Notes under the pieces: generated by a model
Database searches by the model: none
What the model was told of the DNA's origin: nothing
Seen by the model: only the letters and a program-made list of their open reading frames with translations
In this document: positions 1 through 9,122 of the stretch, piece after piece
How positions within the stretch are numbered: the first letter of the stretch is position 1
Layout of the letters: each line of letters begins with the position of its first letter
Position numbers and translations under genes: made by a program
Assembly (NCBI GenBank): GCA_011048995.1
Contig: DSCS01000064.1
Coordinates: forward strand, 7,864-71,863
Length of the DNA stretch: 64,000 bases
Direction of reading: 5' to 3'
Source of the DNA: Bacillota bacterium
GTDB taxonomy: Bacteria > Macinerneyibacteriota > Macinerneyibacteria > Macinerneyibacteriales > DSCS01

Positions 1-359
1 TGCGACCCTTCAATTTTTACAGCTGAAGCTCCCGTGGCGCTCATGAGTCTTCCGGCATTTCGAATCCCTTCTTCCATAGAGACCTGAAAAGACATAAAGG
101 GCATATCCACAACGACATAGGCCCTTTTCGCTCCTCTGCAAACTGCTCTCCCGTGGGAGATCATCTGATCCATGGTCACCCTGAGGGTATTCGCCTCTCC
201 GTAGACGACCATTCCCAGAGAATCTCCCACTAAAATCATGTCCACACCGGCTCTGTCCACCGCGTGTGCCATAGAATAGTCATACGCTGTCAATGCGGAA
301 ATACGCTCTCCGCCGGACTTCATCTTCATGATATCCTTAGAGGTCAAACGCCGTTCCAT
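1..359 (-). CDS. panB: 3-methyl-2-oxobutanoate hydroxymethyltransferase (ketopantoate hydroxymethyltransferase), N-terminal part only; gene runs off the window start
   Basis: Not in the ORF track because it is open at the window edge. Reverse-complement translation from the ATG at 359 gives [84 protein letters not shown], a typical PanB N-terminus ([18 protein letters not shown]). The start overlaps the folK stop by 16 nt. Confidence 0.85.
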   Translation of the reverse strand, partial: MERRLTSKDIMKMKSGGERISALTAYDYSMAHAVDRAGVDMILVGDSLGMVVYGEANTLRVTMDQMISHGRAVCRGAKRAYVVVDMPFMSFQVSMEEGIRNAGRLMSATGASAVKIEGS

Positions 360-1150
360 AGGTCCTCCCATGTTTTTAAGCGAGTTAATTTCCCCCCGTT
401 TTTCAGTTTTGCGGTTTCCCCGGTGACAGGGTCCCTGAATTCTCCCATAATCTCAATGAGAGGATTCAAAACAAAGGCCCTTTCCATACGGCCCTTATGG
501 GGCAGGGTCAATACAGCCGAATCCCTTTTCTCCGCGGCATAATAGATAATATCAATATCAATGGTCCGGGGCCTGTTTCGCTTAGCCCAATCCCGGCCCA
601 GATCGTTTTCAATCTCCTTTAACGCCGTTAAAAGAGCTTCGGGAGATAATTTTGTCCGGCCTTTCATCACCATATTGACATAACAGGGCTGATCCGCATA
701 CCCCACAGGATCTGATTCATAAAGAGACGAAAAAGCGTCCCCATAGACGACTCTCCGTCGATTCATCTCCTGAATCGCTTTTTTAATCGTCTCTTCCCTC
801 TTGCCAAGGTTACTCCCGAGAGCCAGGACCACAGGGAAACATTCTTCACGAGCCAATGAGCTGAAAGTGTCCTCCCCGTCATGCCCCCATCGGATTGCGG
901 CTTCAAAATATTCGGCGGGAAGAGAGGGCATTATAAATTGGACAAGTGCCCGGGGCAGCGTATCAAGAGTGGGCTCCTGCAAGGAATTGTTTTGAAAAAA
1001 AGAATCCGTTATGCGGCTCAGCTCTTCTGCTGAAAACAAAGGAAAGCGGGAAAAAAGAGAATAATATCCCGCCTTCAAAGAAAGAGTCCCTTCTCTTTCC
1101 CCCTCGCCGAAGGGGATGATGATTGCCCGGGATATCGCGATTTCATCCAT
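344..1150 (-). CDS. folK: 2-amino-4-hydroxy-6-hydroxymethyldihydropteridine pyrophosphokinase (HPPK) with a ~105-aa N-terminal extension of unknown function
   Basis: The C-terminal ~160 aa carry HPPK signatures: [49 protein letters not shown]. The N-terminal 105 aa are not recognisable. There is no SD before the ATG at 1150. Confidence 0.85.
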   Translation of the reverse strand: MDEIAISRAIIIPFGEGEREGTLSLKAGYYSLFSRFPLFSAEELSRITDSFFQNNSLQEPTLDTLPRALVQFIMPSLPAEYFEAAIRWGHDGEDTFSSLAREECFPVVLALGSNLGKREETIKKAIQEMNRRRVVYGDAFSSLYESDPVGYADQPCYVNMVMKGRTKLSPEALLTALKEIENDLGRDWAKRNRPRTIDIDIIYYAAEKRDSAVLTLPHKGRMERAFVLNPLIEIMGEFRDPVTGETAKLKNGGKLTRLKTWEDLWNGV

Positions 1151-1198
1151 ATGCCCATCATACCATATCCCACTTTGATGTCAATATGAGGGGGTGAC

Positions 1199-2008
1199 TC
1201 AACCAAGAGCTACATCTAAAAGCATCATCACGGCAAACCCCGATGTAAAACCCAGGGTGGAAAGATCGATGTTTCCGTTTTGCTGAGAGTCCGGAACAGC
1301 ATCTTCGATGACCACAAAGATCATAGCTCCTGCGGCAAAAGCCAAAGCGAAGGGCAAAAGAGGCTTTATTGCGACCACAGTCAATGCTCCGATGACAGCG
1401 GAGAGCGGCTCTACAAAGCCGGAAAGCTGTCCGAAGAAAAAGCTTTTCCGCCTGCTGAGCCCTTCATTGCGCAAAGGAAGAGAGACAGCGGCCCCCTCAG
1501 GGAAGTTTTGAATCCCTATCCCCAAGGCCAGGGCCACCGCCCCGGCCAGGGAAGCCGATGGGATGTTTTGGGGCAAAGCTCCGAAGGCCACCCCTACGGC
1601 CAGTCCCTCGGGAATATTATGCAGGGTAATGGCTAAAACCAAAAGCGCACTTTTTTTCAACCCTGTAGGCAGGCCTTCAGCTTGGCCGATGTCCAATCCC
1701 GGATGAAGATGCGGCAGAATCCGGTCTAAACCCCACAAAAAGAGAACGCCCGCCAAAAAACCCGCCACGGCAGGAACCCAAGCAGGATAGGAAAATTCCT
1801 CAGCCATCTCAATGGCAGGAGCTAAAAGAGACCAATAACTGGCCGCTGTCATAACACCTGCGGCAAAGGCCAGCATGGCATCGTTCATCTTTTGATTAAC
1901 ACCCTTTGCAAAAAAGACGACCCCGGCGCCCAAAGAGGTCATAAGCCATGTAAAAATCCCTGCTGCCAATGCTTGGGCAAGAGGGCTCAGACGAAGAAAA
2001 GCTTCCAC
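1199..2008 (-). CDS. ZIP-family divalent metal transporter (ZupT-like)
   Basis: 269-aa polytopic membrane protein with the ZIP signature [13 protein letters not shown] and a second NFPEGAAVS motif. Confidence 0.85.
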   Translation of the reverse strand: MEAFLRLSPLAQALAAGIFTWLMTSLGAGVVFFAKGVNQKMNDAMLAFAAGVMTAASYWSLLAPAIEMAEEFSYPAWVPAVAGFLAGVLFLWGLDRILPHLHPGLDIGQAEGLPTGLKKSALLVLAITLHNIPEGLAVGVAFGALPQNIPSASLAGAVALALGIGIQNFPEGAAVSLPLRNEGLSRRKSFFFGQLSGFVEPLSAVIGALTVVAIKPLLPFALAFAAGAMIFVVIEDAVPDSQQNGNIDLSTLGFTSGFAVMMLLDVALG

Positions 2009-2023
2009 ATCCTCCCCTTTTTT

Positions 2024-3193
2024 TTATTCCATCCTGTTATGGGCGATTTCGCCGTCGATCACCGTCAATCGACAGACAGAATTCATGTCAAAGGGATCCC
2101 CGTCAAATACGGCAATATCAGCGTCTTTTCCGGGTTCAAGGCTTCCGATACGGTCGGCACAGTCACAGATCTGAGCAGCATGAAGAGTCACGGACTTCAG
2201 GGCTCCTTCTTCCGAAAGGCCGTTTTTCCGTGCAAGCCCCACCATCAGAGGCAGATAATCGATAGGAATCACCGGTGCATCCGTCATAATGGCCACTTTG
2301 ACCCCCGCTTTTTCCAAAACGCCCGCAGTGGCAAAGGTAATGTCCTTGAGCTCCTCTTTGACCCGGGCGCTCATCGAAGGCCCGATAATGGCGTCGATTT
2401 TATTTTCGGCCAGGAAAGGAGCAATTTTATGGCCGTCTGTGCAATGCTCGATACGCAGCTTGAAGCCAAACTCCTTTTGAATACGGATAATCGTGATGAT
2501 ATCGTCAAAGCGATGCGCATGGCAGCGGGCTGTCAGTTTTCCTTCTAAAACAGAAGACAAAATCTCATTCTGCAGATCGAATTCAGGAGCTTTTTCGGGA
2601 TCCTTTTTCCCTTTTTTCTTCTTTTCCATATAGTTTTTCGCTTTATAAAAGGCCTCTCTCATAACAGCGGCGTTGCCCATACGTGTTGAAGGAAATTGAT
2701 TCTTTCCCACCCCGTAGACTCTTTTCGGGTTTTCCCCCAAAGCCATTTTGAGTCCTGCAGGATCCTTGACGACACGCTCATCCACAATAGAGGAACCGGC
2801 AGTCTTCATCACCAAAGACTGTCCGCCGATAACATTAGCGCTTCCGGGGCCTGTAAAAAGAGCCGTTATTCCGGATTTGCAGGCATCCTGAAACGCAATA
2901 TCGTCAGGGTTGACCGCATCGATCGCGCGCAAATGGGGTGTAGCGGGATTAGTCATTTCATTCCCGTCGGAGCCGGCCCATCCGTTGCTTTCTTCCCACA
3001 TTCCGACATGACAATGCGAATCGATAAGCCCCGGTGTGATAACCATACCCCGGCAGTCAATAACCCGGCATCCCTTGGGCACAGTGATGGCTTTGCCCAC
3101 TTTGACGATCTTTCCTTTATCGGATAAAACGTCGCATTTTTCTGTTTTGTTTCCCAATCCGTCGTAAACAGTCCCGTTTTGCAGTAACAGCAT
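2024..3193 (-). CDS. Metal-dependent amidohydrolase (amidohydrolase superfamily; substrate unknown)
   Basis: N-terminus MLLLQNGTVYDG...VITPGLIDSHCHVG (HxH metal motif). The ATG at 3193 is preceded by AGGAGG. The longer ORF to 3385 would overlap the glf 3' end. Confidence 0.8.
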   Translation of the reverse strand: MLLLQNGTVYDGLGNKTEKCDVLSDKGKIVKVGKAITVPKGCRVIDCRGMVITPGLIDSHCHVGMWEESNGWAGSDGNEMTNPATPHLRAIDAVNPDDIAFQDACKSGITALFTGPGSANVIGGQSLVMKTAGSSIVDERVVKDPAGLKMALGENPKRVYGVGKNQFPSTRMGNAAVMREAFYKAKNYMEKKKKGKKDPEKAPEFDLQNEILSSVLEGKLTARCHAHRFDDIITIIRIQKEFGFKLRIEHCTDGHKIAPFLAENKIDAIIGPSMSARVKEELKDITFATAGVLEKAGVKVAIMTDAPVIPIDYLPLMVGLARKNGLSEEGALKSVTLHAAQICDCADRIGSLEPGKDADIAVFDGDPFDMNSVCRLTVIDGEIAHNRME

Positions 3194-3203
3194 AAAGCCT
3201 CCT

Positions 3204-4352
3204 TTAAGGTTTAATGGATTTCCCGGCGGCATGAAAAGCCGCTTCCATAGCCTGAGCCATATTATAATACTTATACTCCGCAAGCCGCCCGACAGGATGC
3301 AGATTTTTAAACCGGGAAGCTCGAAGTGCATATTTCTGATAAAGAGCTGCATTCTCTTCCCGCGGAATGGGATAATAAGGAACATCGCCTTCCCTCAGAG
3401 AACAGGAGTGGGGGTATTCATAAGCAACTGTTGTTCCCTTTACTATCTGGCCGGTACAATGCTTGAACTCCGTAATACGGGTAAAAGCTTCTTCATTCGG
3501 GTAATTCACAGTACAGGCCGGCTGAAAAGTATCCAAAGGATAATGAGTAAATTCAAAAAGGAGGCTTCGATAGGGCAATTCGCCATAACAAAAATCAAAA
3601 AGCTCATCTAAAGGGGCCGTAAAGTAAACGTCCCCCTGAAAGCGCTCTCCTTTAAGAAAGATCTCCTTTTGAGACAGATCCAGCCATTCCCGCCATGTGG
3701 TCTCCCGTTCCACCCTGATACGGGCATGACAGATCATCCGTTCGAAAAGCCGGGTATAACCCATGTCAGGCATCGATTGAAAGGGGTCGGTGAAATAACG
3801 CCCATCCCGGCTGATTGCCACCGGAACACGGCTGAGCACATCGGGATTAAGCTCTTGGGGCTCCATCTCCCACTGTTTTTTTGTGTAGTGGTAAAAGATC
3901 TTATCGTAAACAAATTCTCCCAACTGACGTATATCATCGTCTCCGGATTGGAGAAGACTCCAAATATCCGTGTTGGCCCCATCTCCGAAAGCTTCCTTGA
4001 GTTTTTTTTCAAGGACGGAGGCTTTATCAGAAGAATAAAGCTTGTCCAGCGAGTCCAGGTTAAAGGGAACAGGAACAAATTGGCCATTCACTGCAGCCAA
4101 TACTTTATGCTCATAAGGATGCCATCCCGTGAATTGAGAAAGAAAACTCACAAGAGCCGGATTATCTGTATGAAAAAGATGCGGGCCATATCGGTGGACA
4201 AGAATACCATGCGCGTCTGTCTCATCATAGGCCTGGCCGGCAATATGCGGACGTTTCTCCAACATGAGGATATTGCAGCCTTTATCAGCCAACAAGCGGG
4301 ACAGAGTACAGCCCGCAACGCCGGCTCCGATGACGACAGCATCAACGGTCAT
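3204..4352 (-). CDS. glf: UDP-galactopyranose mutase
   Basis: MTVDAVVIGAGVAGC Rossmann motif, then LMLEKRPHIAGQAYDE, HRYGPHLFHT, YNMAQAM-type C-terminus, which is typical of Glf. The ATG at 4352 overlaps the upstream gene stop by 11 nt. Confidence 0.9.
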   Translation of the reverse strand: MTVDAVVIGAGVAGCTLSRLLADKGCNILMLEKRPHIAGQAYDETDAHGILVHRYGPHLFHTDNPALVSFLSQFTGWHPYEHKVLAAVNGQFVPVPFNLDSLDKLYSSDKASVLEKKLKEAFGDGANTDIWSLLQSGDDDIRQLGEFVYDKIFYHYTKKQWEMEPQELNPDVLSRVPVAISRDGRYFTDPFQSMPDMGYTRLFERMICHARIRVERETTWREWLDLSQKEIFLKGERFQGDVYFTAPLDELFDFCYGELPYRSLLFEFTHYPLDTFQPACTVNYPNEEAFTRITEFKHCTGQIVKGTTVAYEYPHSCSLREGDVPYYPIPREENAALYQKYALRASRFKNLHPVGRLAEYKYYNMAQAMEAAFHAAGKSIKP

Positions 4353-6060
4353 GTACTGGCACCTTCTCCCGCTGAGGCACATACCTGATGGCAAGAAGCG
4401 TGATATCATCGTTTCGCAGGCTGTTCCCGCTGAAACGGTTGTTTTCTTTTAAAAGTTTTTTAATCAGCCCTACGGCGCCTAAAGAGGCATAACGGCCGAC
4501 AGCTTTCTTTACACGCTCTTTTCCGAAGAGATCTCCTTTTGCGTTCATGCGGTCGGTGATCCCGTCGGTATAAAAAAAGAGCATATCACCGGGAGAGAGC
4601 CATATACGCTGTTTTTCGGTAAAAGTCCCGAAAGAAGGGTTATCCAACAGATTAAATCCGATTCCTTTGGATACGAGGAAGGAACTCTTCTCTTTTGCAT
4701 GATCATATAAAATCGGCTCATCGTGGCCGCAGCGTATCCAGTCAAAATAACCGTTCATCGTATCGATGACACCGATGATCATTGTCACAAAAAAGCCCCT
4801 TTTCTTTGTTTTTCTCAAATAGTTGTTGATAAAAAGCCCGACATCCATGATATCGTTCTCAAAAGAAAAAGCAGAATTAATAGCCCCTTTCAGCTCTGCC
4901 ATAAAAAAAGCCGCAGATACCCCTTTCCCCGAAACATCGCCGACCACAAATCCGTATTTATCCTGGCCCAACGGGACAAAATCATAATAGTCGCCGCCCA
5001 CGACCATGGAAGGAATATAAGCCGCCTTGATGTCCAGTCCCGAGAGAGAAAGGTTCCGTCGGGGTAGTAGCTCCATCTGAATTTTTTTGGCGATTTCCAT
5101 TTCTCTTTTCATACGCTGATTCTCAATCGTTTCCGTAAGGTCTTCAAAGGAGATAATCGCACTCACCAGAGAAAGATGCTCTTCGCCCTCATAAAACCGT
5201 TTCAGATCCTCTTGCCGGGAGACAAAGGGGACAATACGGAACTGCAGATAAGCTCCCTTATGCCAAAACTTAACGGTGTAAGATTCCAATGTTTTGAAGG
5301 CTTTATCCACTGCTTCAGCCAGACGCTCCAAATCAGGGGCTTCAAAAATATCGTGGAGATCGACCAGATGCTTTCCTCTGTATTCACATTGGGTCCGATT
5401 ACAGGAGTAACACATTCCCATTCCGGTGCAGATGATCCCTGACTGTTCACCCAAACCCAGAATATTACGGCCCGCAGAATTGATGTTAGCCAGAAGACTG
5501 CGGTCTACAGACATCAGCCCGAAGGGGATTCCCTCATAAAGGGCCGCATTAATATTGACAAAGGAGCGTAAAGCGCCAAAAGCACTGTAACGGATGGCGT
5601 ATTGATTGACCAAAAGGGCTAACTGAACAATCTCCCTCTCAGTAATGGCATTAGCCCTTTTAAAACCGATATACATAAGGTCTTTCAAATCAAAATAAAA
5701 CTCCCTGTTTTGAAAGGCAGGCTTAGAGCGAAACTCCATCCGTAACGGGATAAAAAGTGAAGTCCGGCATCCGGTCTTCTCATAGACAGCAGAAAAAAAA
5801 GAATCGGCAGAAGCATCCAGCGAATAGTGAACATCTCCTTTACCCGAAAAACCTTCGATAAAAGGCCGCATCCACTCTTCGATCTCATACCCTTTTTTTT
5901 CGACTCCGTAATGAAGACATTTTTGATGATCCATATCAAGAAGAAAAAGAGTGTCGATCCCGTAAGTATGCCGCAAAACTCCGAAAACATCCTTAAAAAA
6001 ATTAAAAGCATCATCATTAAAATATATTTTAAACCGGGAAAAAAAATCGATTTTTTTCAT
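4342..6060 (-). CDS. SpoIIE/RsbU-type PP2C serine phosphatase with N-terminal GAF-like and PAS-like sensor regions
   Basis: The C-terminal ~240 aa show MVVGGDYYDF, VVGDVSGKGVSAAFFMA, FYTDGITD and NDDITLLAIRY, the SpoIIE-family motifs. The N-terminal ~330 aa look like sensor domains. ATGA overlap with the upstream cNMP gene. Confidence 0.85.
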   Translation of the reverse strand: MKKIDFFSRFKIYFNDDAFNFFKDVFGVLRHTYGIDTLFLLDMDHQKCLHYGVEKKGYEIEEWMRPFIEGFSGKGDVHYSLDASADSFFSAVYEKTGCRTSLFIPLRMEFRSKPAFQNREFYFDLKDLMYIGFKRANAITEREIVQLALLVNQYAIRYSAFGALRSFVNINAALYEGIPFGLMSVDRSLLANINSAGRNILGLGEQSGIICTGMGMCYSCNRTQCEYRGKHLVDLHDIFEAPDLERLAEAVDKAFKTLESYTVKFWHKGAYLQFRIVPFVSRQEDLKRFYEGEEHLSLVSAIISFEDLTETIENQRMKREMEIAKKIQMELLPRRNLSLSGLDIKAAYIPSMVVGGDYYDFVPLGQDKYGFVVGDVSGKGVSAAFFMAELKGAINSAFSFENDIMDVGLFINNYLRKTKKRGFFVTMIIGVIDTMNGYFDWIRCGHDEPILYDHAKEKSSFLVSKGIGFNLLDNPSFGTFTEKQRIWLSPGDMLFFYTDGITDRMNAKGDLFGKERVKKAVGRYASLGAVGLIKKLLKENNRFSGNSLRNDDITLLAIRYVPQREKVPVHDR

Positions 6061-6512
6061 TGATCTCTGTGAAGGACATCCTGGAAAAACTTTTGAAACG
6101 TTTCATCAGATCTTCTGAGACGGGTCACCATTTCCGTAATAAAGGAGCGATAGACCTTATACCGGATAAGCTCATGCTCTCCCAAGATGCGCTCAAAATC
6201 GCTTTTTAAGAGCACCAAAACTTCGACATCGGTCTTCGCTTTGGCATTTGCAAATCTTCCCTTGGAATCGATAATACCCACTTCGCCGAAGAAATCCCCT
6301 GCTTTAAGATCCATCACCGTCTGCCGTGGCTTTTCCCGGATATAGCGAAAAATCTCCACATCCCCTTTTTGTATGATATAAAAGGCGTCAGCCGCTTCTC
6401 CCTCTTCAAAGATCATCGTGCCTGTTTCATAGGCTTTAAGAAAAAGGCGTTTTTCAATCAAAGCCGACTCTTCAGGATCCAGAAGAGAAAAGAGATAATA
6501 TTTTTCGATCAT
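6057..6512 (-). CDS. Stand-alone cyclic-nucleotide-binding (CAP_ED) domain protein, divergent phosphate-binding cassette
   Basis: 151 aa. FFGEVGIIDSKGRFANAKA resembles the cNMP cassette FGE..L....R[ST]A, with Phe replacing Ser/Thr. There is no output domain. Confidence 0.8.
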   Translation of the reverse strand: MIEKYYLFSLLDPEESALIEKRLFLKAYETGTMIFEEGEAADAFYIIQKGDVEIFRYIREKPRQTVMDLKAGDFFGEVGIIDSKGRFANAKAKTDVEVLVLLKSDFERILGEHELIRYKVYRSFITEMVTRLRRSDETFQKFFQDVLHRDQ

Positions 6513-6513
6513 A

Positions 6514-6978
6514 TCAGCCCCCCATATCCATCAGATAAAACATATTTAACTTATCACTGGTCGAACGGATTCTCCCGCTCAGTTTCTTTATCAGATTGTC
6601 AAGGATAACGGTCGCATAAGGAGAAGATTCTTCAATAAGCGAAAGAAAGTCTTTTCGGCTGATACGAAGCGTCTCTGTCCCTTTATGGGCAACAGCGGTG
6701 GCACTTCTCACCTCACCATCGATTATCGCCATTTCGCCCATAAAATCAAAAGGTTTGAGAATGGCCACTTCTTCCTCCCCGATATTGGGGATATTCAAGA
6801 TAATGCTGATATTACCGGCTCCCAGAATAAAAATATCATCCCCCACATCACCTTGCTGAAATATCACTTCACGCTTGTCATAACTGATCTTTTCGAACAA
6901 AGAGATGACTGTGGGGAAAAAAGCTAACGGGATTCCCTTAAAAAGGTCTGTCTGTTTTAAGATTTCAATTTTTTCCAC
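6514..6978 (-). CDS. Stand-alone cyclic-nucleotide-binding (CAP_ED) domain protein
   Basis: 154 aa. LFKGIP...FMGEMAIIDGEVRSATAVA matches the canonical phosphate-binding cassette (GE..., RSA). There is no output domain. Confidence 0.85.
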   Translation of the reverse strand: MEKIEILKQTDLFKGIPLAFFPTVISLFEKISYDKREVIFQQGDVGDDIFILGAGNISIILNIPNIGEEEVAILKPFDFMGEMAIIDGEVRSATAVAHKGTETLRISRKDFLSLIEESSPYATVILDNLIKKLSGRIRSTSDKLNMFYLMDMGG

Positions 6979-7733
6979 AATGCATCCTCCATTGTCCTCA
7001 TTTTATCCAAAGCTTGATAATCTGTCAAATCAAACTTCAGGGGAGTCATGGAGATCATCCCTTTCATCAGCGCTCCGTCATCGCTTCTCAGATCCTCATC
7101 GGGAATCAGCCTTCCGGAAAACCAATAATACTTCTCCCCCATCGGATCCGTGCGCTCCACAAGCTCAGTCTGTGTCATACTGCTTCCCTGGTGCGTAAAT
7201 CGGATTCCGCCGGTTTTTTTTATGGGGAGATCGGGGATATTGACGTTCAAGACCAATTTCTCTTTGAAAAAAGGGCTTTCTTTCCAAAAAGGAAGAAAAT
7301 CAGTGATAAAACCGGCAATTTCTATAAACCGCTTTGATTGAAAGGCCGTAGAAACAGCCATAGAAGGGATCTCAGCCATATACCCCTCAGCGGCTGCCGA
7401 TACCGTACCGGAATAGAGAATATTGTTCGAGGTGTTAAAACCGCGGTTGATCCCGGAAATAAGACAATCGAAGGTATACTCTTTTTTGATATGAGTCAGG
7501 GCTATCTTGACACAGTCGGCAGGAGTACCGGTCACGCCCCAACCTGAAAACCCCTCACGGCGCTGAACTTCTTCGATCCGTAAAGGATGAAAAAGGGTGA
7601 TCGCATGTCCTGTTGCCGACTGCTCCTCCAACGGAGCCACGACGACGACGTCATGTTCACGGCTCAAAGCTTTCCACAGAGCATGGATCCCGTCTGAATA
7701 GATCCCGTCATCATTGACTAAAAGAATCTTCAT
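6957..7733 (-). CDS. surE: 5'/3'-nucleotidase SurE
   Basis: MKILLVNDDGIYSDGI N-terminus, SGINRG and YSGTVSAA motifs. Confidence 0.92.
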   Translation of the reverse strand: MKILLVNDDGIYSDGIHALWKALSREHDVVVVAPLEEQSATGHAITLFHPLRIEEVQRREGFSGWGVTGTPADCVKIALTHIKKEYTFDCLISGINRGFNTSNNILYSGTVSAAAEGYMAEIPSMAVSTAFQSKRFIEIAGFITDFLPFWKESPFFKEKLVLNVNIPDLPIKKTGGIRFTHQGSSMTQTELVERTDPMGEKYYWFSGRLIPDEDLRSDDGALMKGMISMTPLKFDLTDYQALDKMRTMEDALWKKLKS

Positions 7734-7735
7734 CT

Positions 7736-8476
7736 TTAATGCTGAACCGGGCTTACCGAGTCGCGCTCTTTATTCCATTTCACCCATGAAGACTGCTCTT
7801 CTGCACTTTGCGTATTGATGGACTGCATGCGGACAACACGTCCCTGGCTGTCGATTCTCAGCTCCATCATTTCACGGACCAGAATGGTCCACTCTTCAAG
7901 TGTGACTTCCCGGGGGCCGGCCACTTCTGTGGGCCCGGAAATCTCTGCAGGTTCTTCAGAGAGCGCTTTATCCTTTTGGGGACCCACCGGCTTCCCGGAG
8001 ACTTCCACATTTCCCCTGTAGACCTTGATCAAAGTCCCTTCATCTCCTGTGTTGATGCGGAAAACAGTTCCGATGATGGATGAGGAGACCGATGTTGAAT
8101 CCACAGAAAAAAGCTCATCCTCTCCGGCCTTGTTCACATTCCCCCAGATCTCTCCTTCAGCCACTTGAATATTCGTGACGATCTGGTCTTCGGCCTCCTC
8201 ATAGAGTTTATTCATATTAATGGTCGTTTTGGGGGCCAGGCGGATCACAGAACCTCTTAAAAGGGAGATCTCCGCAAAAGAATCAGGCAAGGTTCTGACC
8301 ATCTCTTTGGCATAGACATCCATCTCTAAGGCTGTTTCCAACCAGTCAGCTTCAGGGGCTGTCCGTTTTTCGGCTTCCCCCTGCAGGGCTGTGATCACAC
8401 CGCGTCCTGTATCCTGAGCTAAGGCGGACGCACAAAAAAGAACAGCTATAGTAAATAAAATCATACTTTTCTTCAT
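7736..8476 (-). CDS. Secreted FecR-domain protein (paralog of 14277..14969)
   Basis: Signal peptide MKKSMILFTIAVLFCASALA after a GGAGGTG RBS. FecR-like core (GTVFRI, KVYRGNVEV). The C-terminal GPREVTLEEW...SQG...W.KWN.ERD block is shared with the other paralog. Confidence 0.7.
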   Translation of the reverse strand: MKKSMILFTIAVLFCASALAQDTGRGVITALQGEAEKRTAPEADWLETALEMDVYAKEMVRTLPDSFAEISLLRGSVIRLAPKTTINMNKLYEEAEDQIVTNIQVAEGEIWGNVNKAGEDELFSVDSTSVSSSIIGTVFRINTGDEGTLIKVYRGNVEVSGKPVGPQKDKALSEEPAEISGPTEVAGPREVTLEEWTILVREMMELRIDSQGRVVRMQSINTQSAEEQSSWVKWNKERDSVSPVQH

Positions 8477-8545
8477 ACACACCTCCGGTTTATTGGGCCT
8501 AATGAAATCATACCATCGAAATGGATGAATCACAAGGAAGGAGAA

Positions 8546-8962
8546 TTACTCCCCGATAATTTTTATCAAGACGCGCTTTTTCCTGCACCCGTCAAATTCA
8601 CCGTAAAAGACTTCTTCCCATGGCCCGAAATCCAAAGATCCCCCGGTCACGGCAATAACAACTTCCCGGCCCATCAACTGACGCTTAATATGCGCATCGC
8701 CATTCTCTTCCCCTGTACGGTTATGCTCATAAAGAGAAGGGTCATGAGGAACTTTCTCTTCCAGCCACCGCTCATAATCCCGGTGAAGGCCCGATTCATT
8801 ATCATTAATAAATACACTGGCCGTAATATGCATGGGACTGACCAGGCAGAGCCCTTCATTGATCCCGCTTTCCCTTAAGGCCTCTTTTACCCGGGATGTG
8901 ATATTGATAAAAGCGATCCGGGTGGATGTTTCAAACCACAACTCTTTTCGATATGATTTCAT
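8546..8962 (-). CDS. yjbQ: YjbQ/UPF0047 family protein (secondary thiamine-phosphate synthase-like)
   Basis: 138 aa. ITS.V.EA...SGI.EGL..V...[20 protein letters not shown] and FGPWE..FY.EFDG are characteristic of UPF0047. Confidence 0.85.
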   Translation of the reverse strand: MKSYRKELWFETSTRIAFINITSRVKEALRESGINEGLCLVSPMHITASVFINDNESGLHRDYERWLEEKVPHDPSLYEHNRTGEENGDAHIKRQLMGREVVIAVTGGSLDFGPWEEVFYGEFDGCRKKRVLIKIIGE

Positions 8963-8992
8963 TTGCCCTCCCTTATCTTCATCAATTTTACC

Positions 8993-9020
8993 TTGACAGC
9001 GAAAGGTTAAGGATTATAAT
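8993..9020 (+). promoter_or_regulatory. Sigma70-type promoter for tRNA-Leu
   Basis: TTGACA (8993-8998), 16 nt spacer, TATAAT (9015-9020), about 14 nt upstream of the mature tRNA 5' end. Confidence 0.6.
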
Positions 9021-9034
9021 TCAACCGCCTTTAT

Positions 9035-9119
9035 GCCGAAGTGGCGGAATTGGTAGACGCGCTGGATTCAAAATCCAGTGGAGGTTAACTTCGTAAGGGT
9101 TCGAGTCCCTTCTTCGGCA
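9035..9119 (+). tRNA. tRNA-Leu, anticodon CAA (class II, long variable arm), no encoded CCA
   Basis: Acceptor GCCGAAG/CTTCGGC plus discriminator A. Anticodon stem CTGGA/TCCAG with loop TTCAAAA. 4-bp variable arm. T-arm AAGGG-TTCGAGT-CCCTT. Followed by TTTT. Confidence 0.95.
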
Positions 9120-9122
9120 TTT

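Noticed and set aside
3194-3385. 64-aa N-terminal extension of the amidohydrolase ORF
   Set aside because: It overlaps the 3' end of glf. The family-typical N-terminus (MLLLQNGTVYDG) begins at the ATG at 3193, which is preceded by AGGAGG.
1892-4388. Long plus-strand ORFs (1892-2548, 2696-3127, 3231-3611, 3669-4388) antisense to the amidohydrolase and glf genes
   Set aside because: All lie opposite genes with strong family motifs. None has an RBS or recognisable domains, so they were treated as shadow ORFs. The same reasoning applies to 19466-19951, 31231-31788, 37388-37960, 42659-43153, 46388-47099 and 51721-52338.
9035-9119. tRNA-Leu as a possible genomic-island integration site
   Set aside because: There is no integrase or recombinase gene, no direct repeat of the tRNA 3' end that I could find in the window, and no obvious compositional break. 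The flanking genes are ordinary metabolic and regulatory genes.
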